A DNA stretch of 64,000 nucleotides from Eledone cirrhosa (Eukaryota): assembly GCA_964016885.1 (NCBI GenBank), contig OZ024741.1, positions 232,314,001 to 232,378,000 of the forward strand, read 5' to 3'. Below are positions 28,901 through 44,600 of this stretch, one piece after another. The notes beneath the pieces are model-generated. The model searched no databases. It saw nothing but the letters and a program-made list of their open reading frames with translations, and was not told the DNA's origin. Positions within the stretch are counted from its first letter, which is position 1; every line of letters starts with the position of its first letter. The translations under genes and the position numbers were made by a program.

Positions 28901-31900
28901 GTATCATACCTTATCAGTTGGATATTCTCTGGACAGTATCATACCTTATCAGTTGGATATTCTCTGGATAGTATTATACCTTATCAGTTGGATATTCTCT
29001 GGATAGTATCATACCTTATCAGTTAGATATTCTCTGGATAGTATCATACCTTATCAGTTGGATATTCTCTGGATAGTATCATACCTTATCAGTTAGATAT
29101 TCCCTATATAGTATCATACCTTATCAGTTAGATATTTTCTGGATAGTATCATACCTTATCAGTTGGATATTCTCTGGATAGTATCATACCTTATCAGTTG
29201 GATATTCTCTGTATAGTATCATACCTTATCAGTTGGATATTCTCTGGATAGTATCATACCTTATCAGTTGGATATTCTCTGGATAGTATCATACCTTATC
29301 AGTTGGATATTCTCTGGATAGTATCATACCTTATCAGTTGGATATTCTCTGTATAGTATCATACCTTATCAGTTAGATATTCCCTATATAGTATCATACC
29401 TTATCAGTTGGATATTCTCTGGATAGTATCATACCTTATCAGTTGGATGTTCTCTGTATAGTATCATACCTTATCAGTTAGATATTCTCTGTATAGTATC
29501 ATACCTTATTAGTTAGATATTTGCTGGATAGTATCATACCTTATCAGTTGGATATTCTCTGTATAGTATCATACCTTATCAGTTGGATATTCTCTGAATA
29601 GTATCATACCTTATCAGTTGGATATTCTCTGGATAGTATCATACCTTATCAGTTGGATATTCTCTGTATAGTATCATACCTTATCAGTTAGATATTCTCT
29701 GTATAGTATCATACCTTATTAGTTAGATATTTGCTTGATAGTATCATACCTTATCAGTTGGATATTCTCTGTATAGTATCATACCTTATCAGTTGGATAT
29801 TCTCTGGATAGTATCATACCTTATCAGTTAGATATTCTCTGGATAGTATCATACCTTATATATTGGATATTCTCTGGATAGTATCATACCTTATCAGTTA
29901 GATATTCTCTGGATAGTATCATACATTATCAGTTGGACATTTTCAGGATAGTATCATACCTTATCAGTTGGATATTCTCTGGATAGTATCATACCTTATC
30001 AGTTGGATATTCTCTGGATAGTATCATAACTTATCAGTTTGATATTCTCTGGATAGTATCATACCTTATCAGTTAGATATTCTCTGGAGAGTATCATACC
30101 TTATCAGTTGGATATTCTCTGGATAGTATCATACCTTATCAGTTGGATATTCTCTGGATAGTATCATACTTTATCAGTTGGATATTCTCTGTATAGTATC
30201 ATACCTTATCAGTTAGATATTCTCTGGATAGTATCATACCTTATCAGTTAGATATTCTCTGGATAGTATCATACTTTATAAGTTGGATATTCTCTGTATA
30301 GTATCATACCTTATCAATTGGATATTCTCTGTATAGTATCATGCCTTATCAGTTGGACATTTTCTGGATAGTACCATACCTTAACAGTTGGATATTCTCT
30401 GTATAGTATCATACCTTATCAGTTGGATATTCTCTGTATAGTATCATACCTTATCAATTGGATATTCTCTGTATAGTATCATGCCTTATCGGTTGGACAT
30501 TTTCTGGATAGTATCATGCCTTATCAGTTGGATATTCTCTGTATAGTATCATACCTCGTCAGTTGGATATTCTCTGTATAGTATCATACCTTATCAATTG
30601 GATATTCGCTGTATAGTATCATGCCTTATCAGTTGGACATTTTCTGGATATTATCATACCTTATCAGTTGGATATTCTCTGTATAGTATCATACCTTATC
30701 AGTTAGATATTCTCTGGATACTATCATACCTTATCAGTTGGATATTCTCTGTATATTATCATACCTTATCAGTTAGATATTCTCTGGATAGTATCATACC
30801 TTATCAGTTAGATATTGTCTGGATAGTATCATACCTTATATGTTGGATATTCTCTGGATAGTATCATACCTTATCAGTTAAGATATTCTCTGGATAGTAT
30901 CATACATTATCAGTTGGACATTTTCAGGATAGTATCATACCTTATCAGTTAGATATTCTCTGGATAGTATCATACCTTATCAGTTGGATATTCTCTGGAT
31001 AGTATCATACCTTATCAGTGGGATATTCTCTGGATAGTATCATACCTTATCAGTTAGATATTCTCTGGATAGTATCATACCTTATCAGTTAGATTTTCTC
31101 TGGATAGTATCATACCTTATCAGTTGGATATTCTCTGGATAGTATCATACCTTATCAGTTGGATATTCTCTGGATAGTATCATACCTTATCAGTTGGATA
31201 TTCTCTGGACAGTATCATACCTTATCAGTTGGATATTCTCTGGATAGTATTATACCTTATCAGTTGGATATTCTCTGGATAGTATCATACCTTATCAGTT
31301 AGATATTCTCTGGATAGTATCATACCTTATCAGTTGGATATTCTCTGGATAGTATCATACCTTATCAGTTAGATATTCTCTGGATAGTATCATACCTTAT
31401 CAGTTGGATATTCTCTGGATAGTATCATACCTTATCAGTTGGATATTCTCTGGATAGTATCATACCTTATCAGTTGGATATTCTCTGGATAGTATCATAC
31501 CTTATCAGTTGGATATTCTCTGGATAGTATCATACCTTATCAGTTTGATATTCTCTGAATAGTATCATACCTTATCAGTTAGATATTCTCTGGATAGTAT
31601 CATACCTTATCAGTTAGATATTCTCTGTATAGTATCATACCTTATCAGTTAGATATTCTCTGGATAGTATCATGCCTTATCAGTTAGATATTCTCTGTAT
31701 AGTATCATACCTTATCAGTTGGATATTCTCTGGATAGTATCATACCTTATCAGTTGGATATTCTCTGGATAGTATCATGCCTTATATGTTGGATATTCTC
31801 TGGATAGTATCATACCTTATCAGTTGGATATTCTCTGGATAGTATCATGCCTTATAAGTTGGATATTCTCTGGATAATATCATACCTTATCAGTTGGATA

Positions 31901-32800
31901 TTCTCTGAATAGTATCATACCTTATCAGTTAGATATTCTCTGGATAGTATCATACCTTATCAGTTAGATATTCTCTGTATAGTATCATACCTTATCAGTT
32001 GTATATTCTCTGTATAGTATCATACCTTATCAGTTAGATATTCTCTGTATAGTATCATACCTTATCAGTTAGATATTCTCTGGATAGTATCATACCTTAT
32101 CAGTTGGATATCCTCTGGATAGTATCATACCTTATCAGTTGGACATTTTCTGGATAGTATCATACCTTATCAGTTGGATATTCTCTGTATAGTATCATAC
32201 CTTATCAGTTGGACATTTTCTGGATAGTATCATACCTTATCATTTGGATATTCTCTGGATAGTATCATACCTTATCTGTTGGATATTCTCTGGATAGTAT
32301 CATACCTTATCAGTTGGATATTCTCTGGATAGTATCATACCTTATCAGTTGGATATTCTCTGTATAGTATCATACCTTATCAGTTAGATATTCCCTATAT
32401 AGTATCATACCTTATCAGTTAGATATTTTCTGGATAGTATCATACCTTATCAGTTGGATATTCTCTGGATAGTATCATACCTTATCAGTTGGATATTCTC
32501 AGTTTAGTATCATACCTAATCAGTTGGATATTCTCTGGATAGTATCATACCTTATCAGTTGGATATTCTCTGGATAGTATCATACCTTATCAGTTGGATA
32601 TTCTCTGTATTGTATCATACCTTATCAGTTAGATATTCTCTGTATAGTACCATACCTTATTAGTTAGATATTTGCTGGATAGTATCATACCTTATCAGTT
32701 GGATATTCTCTGGATAGTATCATACCTTATCAGTTGGATATTCTCTGGATAGTATCATACCTTATCAGTTGGATATTATCTGGATAGTATCATACCTTAT
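16667..32800. repeat. Tandem duplication of an ~8.1-kb block (about 232 monomers): ~16667-24788 and ~24789-32800
   Basis: Rare variants are shared at offsets of 8122 then 8087: TATCACTTAG, TATATTGG, CTTAACAG, CCTCGTCAG, GGATACTATC, CCTAATCAG, GTATTGTATC. The identical 87-aa ORF translations at 22511 and 30598 are 8087 apart. Confidence 0.9.
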
Positions 32801-33949
32801 CAGTTGGATATTCTCTGTATAGTATCATACCTTATATGTTGGATATTCTCTGGATAGTATCATACCTTATCAGTTGGATATTCTCTGGATAGTATCATAC
32901 CTTATCAGTTAGATATTTTCAGGATAGTATCATACCTTATCAGTTGGATATTCTCTGGATAGTATCATACCTTATCAGTTCGATATTCTCTGGATAGTAT
33001 CATACCTTATCAGTTGGATATTCTCTGGATAGTATCATACCTTATCAGTTGGATATTCTCTGTATAGTATCATACCTTATCAGTTAGATATTCTCTGGAT
33101 AGTATCATACCTTATCAGTTGGATATTCTCTGGATAGTATCATACCTTATCAGTTAGATATTTTCAGGATAGTATCATACCTTATCAGTTGGATATTCTC
33201 TGGATAGTATCATACCTTATCAGTTGGACATTTTCTGGATAGTACCATACCTTATCAGTTGCATATTCTCTGTATAGTATCATAACTTATCAGTTGGATA
33301 TTCTCTGTATAGTATCATACCTTATCAATTGGATATTCTCTGTATAGTATCATGCCTTATCGGTTGGACATTTTCTGGATAGTATCATGCCTTATCAGTT
33401 GGATATTCTCTGTATAGTATCATACCTCATCAGTTGGATATTCTCTGTATAGTATCATACCTTATCAATTGGATATTCGCTGTATAGTATCATGCCTTAT
33501 CAGTTGGACATTTTCTGGATATTATCATACCTTATCAGTTGGATATTCTCTGTATAGTATCATACCTTATCAGTTAGATATTCTCTGGATAGTATCATAC
33601 CTTATCAGTTGGATATTCTCTGTATAGTATCATACCTTATCAGTTAGATATTCTCTGGATAGTATCATACCTTATCAGTTAGATATTGTCTGGATAGTAT
33701 CATACCTTATATGTTGGATATTCTCTGGATAGTATCATACCTTATCAGTTAAGATATTTTCTGGATAGTATCATACATTATCAGTTGGACATTTTCAGGA
33801 TAGTATCATACCTTATCAGTTAGATATTCTCTGGATAGTATCATACCTTATCTGTTGGATATTCTCTGGATAGTATCATACCTTATCAGTGGGATATTCT
33901 CTGGATAGTATCATACCTTATCAGTTGGATATTCTCTGTATAGTATCAT

Positions 33950-36900
33950 ACCTTATCAGTTAGATATTCTCTGGATAGTATCATACTTTATAAGTTGGAT
34001 ATTCTCTGTATAGTATCATACCTTATCAATTGGATATTCTCTGTATAGTATCATGCCTTATCAGTTGGACATTTTCTGGATAGTACCATACCTTATCAGT
34101 TGGATATTCTCTGTATAGTATCATACCTTATCAATTGGATATTCTCTGTATAGTATCATACCTTATCAATTGGATATTCTCTGTATAGTATCATGCCTTA
34201 TCGGTTGGACATTTTCTGGATAGTATCATGCCTTAACAGTTGGATATTCTCTGTATAGTATCATACCTCATCAGTTGGATATTCTCTGTATAGTATCATA
34301 CCTTATCAATTGGATATTCGCTGTATAGTATCATGCCTTATCAGTTGGACATTTTCTGGATATTATCATACCTTATCAGTTGGATATTCTCTGTATAGTA
34401 TCATACCTTATCAGTTAGATATTCTCTGGATAGTATCATACCTTATCAGTTGGATATTCTCTGTATAGTATCATACCTTATCAGTTAGATATTCTCTGGA
34501 TAGTATCATACCTTATCAGTTAGATATTGTCTGGATAGTATCATACCTTATATGTTGGATATTCTCTGGATAGTATCATACCTTATCAGTTAAGATATAC
34601 TCTGGATAGTATCATACATTATCAGTTGGACATTTTCAGGATAGTATCATACCTTATCAGTTAGATATTCTCTGGATAGTATCATACCTTATCAGTTGGA
34701 TATTCTCTGGATAGTATCATACATTATCAGTTGGATATTCTCTGGATAGTATCATACCTTATCAGTTGGATATTCTCTGTATAGTATCATACCTTATCAG
34801 TTAGATATTCTCTGGATAGTATCATACCTTATCAGTTAGATATTCTCTGGATAGTATCATACCTTATCAGTTGGATATTCTCTGGATAGTATCATACCTT
34901 ATCAGTTGGATATTCTCTGGATAGTATCATACCTTATCAGTTGGATATTCTCTGGACAGTATCATACCTTATCAGTTGGATATTCTCTGGATAGTATTAT
35001 ACCTTATCAGTTGGATATTCTCTGGATAGTATCATACCTTATCAGTTAGATATTCTCTGGATAGTATCATACCTTATCAGTTGGATATTCTCTGGATAGT
35101 ATCATACCTTATCAGTTAGATATTCTCTGGATAGTATCATACCTTATCAGTTGGATATTCTCTGGATAGTATCATACCTTATCAGTTGGATATTCTCTGG
35201 ATAGTATCATACCTTATCAGTTGGATATTCTCTGGATAGTATCATACCTTATCAGTTGAATATTCTCTGGATAGTATCATACCTTATCAGTTGGATATTC
35301 TCTGAATAGTATCATACCTTATCAGTTAGATATTCTCTGGATAGTATGATACCTTATCAGTTGGATATTCTCTGTATAGTATCATACCTTATCAGTTAGA
35401 TATTCTCTGGATAGTATCATGCCTTATCAGTTAGATATTCTCTGTATAGTATCATACCTTATCAGTTGGATATTCTCTGGATAGTATCATACCTTATCAG
35501 TTAGATATTCTCTGGATAGTATCATACCTTATCAGTTGGATATTCTCTGTATAGTATCATACCTCATCAGTTGGATATTCTCTGTATAGTATCATACCTT
35601 ATCAATTGGATATTCGCTGTATAGTATCATGCCTTATCAGTTGGACATTTTCTGGATATTATCATACCTTATCAGTTGGATATTCTCTGTATAGTATCAT
35701 ACCTTATCAGTTAGATATTCTCTGGATAGTATCATACCTTATCAGTTGGATATTCTCTGTATAGTATCATACCTTATCAGTTAGATATTCTCTGGATAGT
35801 ATCATACCTTATCAGTTAGATATTGTCTGGATAGTATCATACCTTATATGTTGGATATTCTCTGGATAGTATCATACCTTATCAGTTAAGATATTCTCTG
35901 GATAGTATCATACATTATCAGTTGGACACTTTCAGGATAGTATCATACCTTATCAGTTAGATATTCTCTGGATAGTATCATACCTTATCAGTTGGATATT
36001 CTCTGGATAGTATCATACATTATCAGTTGGATATTCTCTGGATAGTATCATACCTTATCAGTTGGATATTCTCTGTATAGTATCATACCTTATCAGTTAG
36101 ATATTCTCTGGATAGTATCATACCTTATCAGTTAGATATTCTCTGGATAGTATCATACCTTATCAGTTGGATATTCTCTGGATAGTATCATACCTTATCA
36201 GTTGGATATTCTCTGGATAGTATCATACCTTATCAGTTGGATATTCTCTGGACAGTATCATAACCTTATCAGTTGGATATTCTCTGGATAGTATTATACC
36301 TTATCAGTTGGATATTCTCTGGATAGTATCATACCTTATCAGTTAGATATTCTCTGGATAGTATCATACCTTATCAGTTGGATATTCTCTGGATAGTATC
36401 ATACCTTATCAGTTGGATATTCTCTGGATAGTATCATACATTATCAGTTGGATATTCTCTGGATAGTATCATACCTTATCAGTTGGATATTCTCTGTATA
36501 GTATCATACCTTATCAGTTAGATATTCTCTGGATAGTATCATACCTTATCAGTTAGATATTCTCTGGATAGTATCATACCTTATCAGTTGGATATTCTCT
36601 GGATAGTATCATACCTTATCAGTTGGATATTCTCTGGATAGTATCATACCTTATCAGTTGGATATTCTCTGGACAGTATCATACCTTATCAGTTGGATAT
36701 TCTCTGGATAGTATTATACCTTATCAGTTGGATATTCTCTGGATAGTATCATACCTTATCAGTTAGATATTCTCTGGATAGTATCATACATTATCAGTTG
36801 GATATTCTCTGGATAGTATCATACCTTATCAGTTGGATATTCTCTGTATAGTATCATACCTTATCAGTTAGATATTCTCTGGATAGTATCATACCTTATC

Positions 36901-39900
36901 AGTTAGATATTCTCTGGATAGTATCATACCTTATCAGTTGGATATTCTCTGGATAGTATCATACCTTATCAGTTGGATATTCTCTGGATAGTATCATACC
37001 TTATCAGTTGGATATTCTCTGGACAGTATCATACCTTATCAGTTGGATATTCTCTGGATAGTATTATACCTTATCAGTTGGATATTCTCTGGATAGTATC
37101 ATACCTTATCAGTTAGATATTCTCTGGATAGTATCATACCTTATCAGTTGGATATTCTCTGGATAGTATCATACCTTATCAGTTAGATATTCTCTGGATA
37201 GTATCATACCTTATCAGTTGGATATTCTCTGGATAGTATCATACCTTATCAGTTGGATATTCTCTGGATAGTATCATACCTTATCAGTTGGATATTCTCT
37301 GGATAGTATCATACCTTATCAGTTGAATATTCTCTGGATAGTATCATACCTTATCAGTTGGATATTCTCTGAATAGTATCATACCTTATCAGTTAGATAT
37401 TCTCTGGATAGTATGATACCTTATCAGTTGGATATTCTCTGTATAGTATCATACCTTATCAGTTAGATATTCTCTGGATAGTATCATGCCTTATCAGTTA
37501 GATATTCTCTGTATAGTATCATACCTTATCAGTTGGATATTCTCTGGATAGTATCATACCTTATCAGTTAGATATTCTCTGGATAGTATCATACCTTATC
37601 AGTTGGATATTCTCTGTATAGTATCATACCTCATCAGTTGGATATTCTCTGTATAGTATCATACCTTATCAATTGGATATTCGCTGTATAGTATCATGCC
37701 TTATCAGTTGGACATTTTCTGGATATTATCATACCTTATCAGTTGGATATTCTCTGTATAGTATCATACCTTATCAGTTAGATATTCTCTGGATAGTATC
37801 ATACCTTATCAGTTGGATATTCTCTGTATAGTATCATACCTTATCAGTTAGATATTCTCTGGATAGTATCATACCTTATCAGTTAGATATTGTCTGGATA
37901 GTATCATACCTTATATGTTGGATATTCTCTGGATAGTATCATACCTTATCAGTTAAGATATTCTCTGGATAGTATCATACATTATCAGTTGGACACTTTC
38001 AGGATAGTATCATACCTTATCAGTTAGATATTCTCTGGATAGTATCATACCTTATCAGTTGGATATTCTCTGGATAGTATCATACATTATCAGTTGGATA
38101 TTCTCTGGATAGTATCATACCTTATCAGTTGGATATTCTCTGTATAGTATCATACCTTATCAGTTAGATATTCTCTGGATAGTATCATACCTTATCAGTT
38201 AGATATTCTCTGGATAGTATCATACCTTATCAGTTGGATATTCTCTGGATAGTATCATACCTTATCAGTTGGATATTCTCTGGATAGTATCATACCTTAT
38301 CAGTTGGATATTCTCTGGATAGTATCATACCTTATCAGTTGGATATTCTCTGGATAGTATCATACCTTATCAGTTGGATATTCTCTGGATAGTATCATAC
38401 CTTATCAGTTGGATATTCTCTGGATAGTATCATACCTTATCAGTTGGATATTCTCTGGACAGTATCATACCTTATCAGTTGGATATTCTCTGGATAGTAT
38501 TATACCTTATCAGTTGGATATTCTCTGGATAGTATCATACCTTATCAGTTAGATATTCTCTGGATAGTATCATACCTTATCAGTTGGATATTCTCTGGAT
38601 AGTATCATACCTTATCAGTTAGATATTCTCTGGATAGTATCATACCTTATCAGTTGGATATTCTCTGGATAGTATCATACCTTATCAGTTGGATATTCTC
38701 TGGATAGTATCATACCTTATCAGTTGGATATTCTCTGGATAGTATCATACCTTATCAGTTGAATATTCTCTGGATAGTATCATACCTTATCAGTTGGATA
38801 TTCTCTGAATAGTATCATACCTTATCAGTTAGATATTCTCTGGATAGTATGATACCTTATCAGTTGGATATTCTCTGTATAGTATCATACCTTATCAGTT
38901 AGATATTCTCTGGATAGTATCATGCCTTATCAGTTAGATATTCTCTGTATAGTATCATACCTTATCAGTTGGATATTCTCTGGATAGTATCATACCTTAT
39001 CAGTTAGATATTCTCTGGATAGTATCATACCTTATCAGTTGGATATTCTCTGTATAGTATCATACCTCATCAGTTGGATATTCTCTGTATAGTATCATAC
39101 CTTATCAATTGGATATTCGCTGTATAGTATCATGCCTTATCAGTTGGACATTTTCTGGATATTATCATACCTTATCAGTTGGATATTCTCTGTATAGTAT
39201 CATACCTTATCAGTTAGATATTCTCTGGATAGTATCATACCTTATCAGTTGGATATTCTCTGTATAGTATCATACCTTATCAGTTAGATATTCTCTGGAT
39301 AGTATCATACCTTATCAGTTAGATATTGTCTGGATAGTATCATACCTTATATGTTGGATATTCTCTGGATAGTATCATACCTTATCAGTTAAGATATTCT
39401 CTGGATAGTATCATACATTATCAGTTGGACACTTTCAGGATAGTATCATACCTTATCAGTTAGATATTCTCTGGATAGTATCATACCTTATCAGTTGGAT
39501 ATTCTCTGGATAGTATCATACATTATCAGTTGGATATTCTCTGGATAGTATCATACCTTATCAGTTGGATATTCTCTGTATAGTATCATACCTTATCAGT
39601 TAGATATTCTCTGGATAGTATCATACCTTATCAGTTAGATATTCTCTGGATAGTATCATACCTTATCAGTTGGATATTCTCTGGATAGTATCATACCTTA
39701 TCAGTTGGATATTCTCTGGATAGTATCATACCTTATCAGTTGGATATTCTCTGGACAGTATCATACCTTATCAGTTGGATATTCTCTGGATAGTATTATA
39801 CCTTATCAGTTGGATATTCTCTGGATAGTATCATACCTTATCAGTTAGATATTCTCTGGATAGTATCATACCTTATCAGTTGGATATTCTCTGGATAGTA

Positions 39901-42900
39901 TCATACCTTATCAGTTGGATATTCTCTGGATAGTATCATACATTATCAGTTGGATATTCTCTGGATAGTATCATACCTTATCAGTTGGATATTCTCTGTA
40001 TAGTATCATACCTTATCAGTTAGATATTCTCTGGATAGTATCATACCTTATCAGTTAGATATTCTCTGGATAGTATCATACCTTATCAGTTGGATATTCT
40101 CTGGATAGTATCATACCTTATCAGTTGGATATACTCTGGATAGTATCATACCTTATCAGTTGGATATTCTCTGGACAGTATCATACCTTATCAGTTGGAT
40201 ATTCTCTGGATAGTATTATACCTTATCAGTTGGATATTCTCTGGATAGTATCATACCTTATCAGTTAGATATTCTCTGGATAGTATCATACATTATCAGT
40301 TGGATATTCTCTGGATAGTATCATACCTTATCAGTTGGATATTCTCTGTATAGTATCATACCTTATCAGTTAGATATTCTCTGGATAGTATCATACCTTA
40401 TCAGTTAGATATTCTCTGGATAGTATCATACCTTATCAGTTGGATATTCTCTGGATAGTATCATACCTTATCAGTTGGATATTCTCTGGATAGTATCATA
40501 CCTTATCAGTTGGATATTCTCTGGACAGTATCATACCTTATCAGTTGGATATTCTCTGGATAGTATTATACCTTATCAGTTGGATATTCTCTGGATAGTA
40601 TCATACCTTATCAGTTAGATATTCTCTGGATAGTATCATACCTTATCAGTTGGATATTCTCTGGATAGTATCATACCTTATCAGTTAGATATTCTCTGGA
40701 TAGTATCATACCTTATCAGTTGGATATTCTCTGGATAGTATCATACCTTATCAGTTGGATATTCTCTGGATAGTATCATACCTTATCAGTTGGATATTCT
40801 CTGGATAGTATCATACCTTATCAGTTGAATATTCTCTGGATAGTATCATACCTTATCAGTTGGATATTCTCTGAATAGTATCATACCTTATCAGTTAGAT
40901 ATTCTCTGGATAGTATGATACCTTATCAGTTGGATATTCTCTGTATAGTATCATACCTTATCAGTTAGATATTCTCTGGATAGTATCATACCTTATCAGT
41001 TGGATATTCTCTGGATAGTATCATACCTTATCAGTTAGATATTCTCTGGATAGTATCATACCTTATCAGTTGGATATTCTCTGGATAGTATCATACCTTA
41101 TCAGTTGGATATTCTCTGGATAGTATCATACCTTATCAGTTGGATATTCTCTGGATAGTATCATACCTTATCAGTTGAATATTCTCTGGATAGTATCATA
41201 CCTTATCAGTTGGATATTCTCTGAATAGTATCATACCTTATCAGTTAGATATTCTCTGGATAGTATGATACCTTATCAGTTGGATATTCTCTGTATAGTA
41301 TCATACCTTATCAGTTAGATATTCTCTGGATAGTATCATGCCTTATCAGTTAGATATTCTCTGTATAGTATCATACCTTATCAGTTGGATATTCTCTGGA
41401 TAGTATCATACCTTATCAGTTAGATATTCTCTGGATAGTATCATACCTTATCAGTTGGATATTCTCTGTATAGTATCATACCTCATCAGTTGGATATTCT
41501 CTGTATAGTATCATACCTTATCAATTGGATATTCGCTGTATAGTATCATGCCTTATCAGTTGGACATTTTCTGGATATTATCATACCTTATCAGTTGGAT
41601 ATTCTCTGTATAGTATCATACCTTATCAGTTAGATATTCTCTGGATAGTATCATACCTTATCAGTTGGATATTCTCTGTATAGTATCATACCTTATCAGT
41701 TAGATATTCTCTGGATAGTATCATACCTTATCAGTTAGATATTGTCTGGATAGTATCATACCTTATATGTTGGATATTCTCTGGATAGTATCATACCTTA
41801 TCAGTTAAGATATTCTCTGGATAGTATCATACATTATCAGTTGGACACTTTCAGGATAGTATCATACCTTATCAGTTAGATATTCTCTGGATAGTATCAT
41901 ACCTTATCAGTTGGATATTCTCTGGATAGTATCATACATTATCAGTTGGATATTCTCTGGATAGTATCATACCTTATCAGTTGGATATTCTCTGTATAGT
42001 ATCATACCTTATCAGTTAGATATTCTCTGGATAGTATCATACCTTATCAGTTAGATATTCTCTGGATAGTATCATACCTTATCAGTTGGATATTCTCTGG
42101 ATAGTATCATACCTTATCAGTTGGATATTCTCTGGATAGTATCATACCTTATCAGTTGGATATTCTCTGGACAGTATCATACCTTATCAGTTGGATATTC
42201 TCTGGATAGTATTATACCTTATCAGTTGGATATTCTCTGGATAGTATCATACCTTATCAGTTAGATATTCTCTGGATAGTATCATACCTTATCAGTTGGA
42301 TATTCTCTGGATAGTATCATACCTTATCAGTTGGATATTCTCTGGATAGTATCATACATTATCAGTTGGATATTCTCTGGATAGTATCATACCTTATCAG
42401 TTGGATATTCTCTGTATAGTATCATACCTTATCAGTTAGATATTCTCTGGATAGTATCATACCTTATCAGTTAGATATTCTCTGGATAGTATCATACCTT
42501 ATCAGTTGGATATTCTCTGGATAGTATCATACCTTATCAGTTGGATATACTCTGGATAGTATCATACCTTATCAGTTGGATATTCTCTGGACAGTATCAT
42601 ACCTTATCAGTTGGATATTCTCTGGATAGTATTATACCTTATCAGTTGGATATTCTCTGGATAGTATCATACCTTATCAGTTAGATATTCTCTGGATAGT
42701 ATCATACATTATCAGTTGGATATTCTCTGGATAGTATCATACCTTATCAGTTGGATATTCTCTGTATAGTATCATACCTTATCAGTTAGATATTCTCTGG
42801 ATAGTATCATACCTTATCAGTTAGATATTCTCTGGATAGTATCATACCTTATCAGTTGGATATTCTCTGGATAGTATCATACCTTATCAGTTGGATATTC

Positions 42901-44600
42901 TCTGGATAGTATCATACCTTATCAGTTGGATATTCTCTGGACAGTATCATACCTTATCAGTTGGATATTCTCTGGATAGTATTATACCTTATCAGTTGGA
43001 TATTCTCTGGATAGTATCATACCTTATCAGTTAGATATTCTCTGGATAGTATCATACCTTATCAGTTGGATATTCTCTGGATAGTATCATACCTTATCAG
43101 TTAGATATTCTCTGGATAGTATCATACCTTATCAGTTGGATATTCTCTGGATAGTATCATACCTTATCAGTTGGATATTCTCTGGATAGTATCATACCTT
43201 ATCAGTTGGATATTCTCTGGATAGTATCATACCTTATCAGTTGAATATTCTCTGGATAGTATCATACCTTATCAGTTGGATATTCTCTGAATAGTATCAT
43301 ACCTTATCAGTTAGATATTCTCTGGATAGTATGATACCTTATCAGTTGGATATTCTCTGTATAGTATCATACCTTATCAGTTAGATATTCTCTGGATAGT
43401 ATCATGCCTTATCAGTTAGATATTCTCTGTATAGTATCATACCTTATCAGTTGGATATTCTCTGGATAGTATCATACCTTATCAGTTAGATATTCTCTGG
43501 ATAGTATCATACCTTATCAGTTGGATATTCTCTGTATAGTATCATACCTCATCAGTTGGATATTCTCTGTATAGTATCATACCTTATCAATTGGATATTC
43601 GCTGTATAGTATCATGCCTTATCAGTTGGACATTTTCTGGATATTATCATACCTTATCAGTTGGATATTCTCTGTATAGTATCATACCTTATCAGTTAGA
43701 TATTCTCTGGATAGTATCATACCTTATCAGTTGGATATTCTCTGTATAGTATCATACCTTATCAGTTAGATATTCTCTGGATAGTATCATACCTTATCAG
43801 TTAGATATTGTCTGGATAGTATCATACCTTATATGTTGGATATTCTCTGGATAGTATCATACCTTATCAGTTAAGATATTCTCTGGATAGTATCATACAT
43901 TATCAGTTGGACACTTTCAGGATAGTATCATACCTTATCAGTTAGATATTCTCTGGATAGTATCATACCTTATCAGTTGGATATTCTCTGGATAGTATCA
44001 TACATTATCAGTTGGATATTCTCTGGATAGTATCATACCTTATCAGTTGGATATTCTCTGTATAGTATCATACCTTATCAGTTAGATATTCTCTGGATAG
44101 TATCATACCTTATCAGTTAGATATTCTCTGGATAGTATCATACCTTATCAGTTGGATATTCTCTGGATAGTATCATACCTTATCAGTTGGATATTCTCTG
44201 GATAGTATCATACCTTATCAGTTGGATATTCTCTGGACAGTATCATACCTTATCAGTTGGATATTCTCTGGATAGTATTATACCTTATCAGTTGGATATT
44301 CTCTGGATAGTATCATACCTTATCAGTTAGATATTCTCTGGATAGTATCATACCTTATCAGTTGGATATTCTCTGGATAGTATCATACCTTATCAGTTAG
44401 ATATTCTCTGGATAGTATCATACCTTATCAGTTGGATATTCTCTGGATAGTATCATACCTTATCAGTTGGATATTCTCTGGATAGTATCATACCTTATCA
44501 GTTGGATATTCTCTGGATAGTATCATACCTTATCAGTTGAATATTCTCTGGATAGTATCATACCTTATCAGTTGGATATTCTCTGAATAGTATCATACCT
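33950..44600. repeat. Central consensus-rich subdomain of irregular 37-69 monomer units with internal 10- and 12-monomer duplications
   Basis: The private GGACACTTTC variant occurs only at about 35924, 37991, 39427, 41843 and 43909. TTAAG markers are 37, 59, 41, 69 and 59 monomers apart. GGACAG markers recur at 420/350-bp steps. Boundaries are approximate. Confidence 0.8.

Noticed and set aside
30598-30861. Second copy of the 87-aa ORF
   Set aside because: Its identity is explained by the 8.1-kb tandem duplication, not by protein-level selection.
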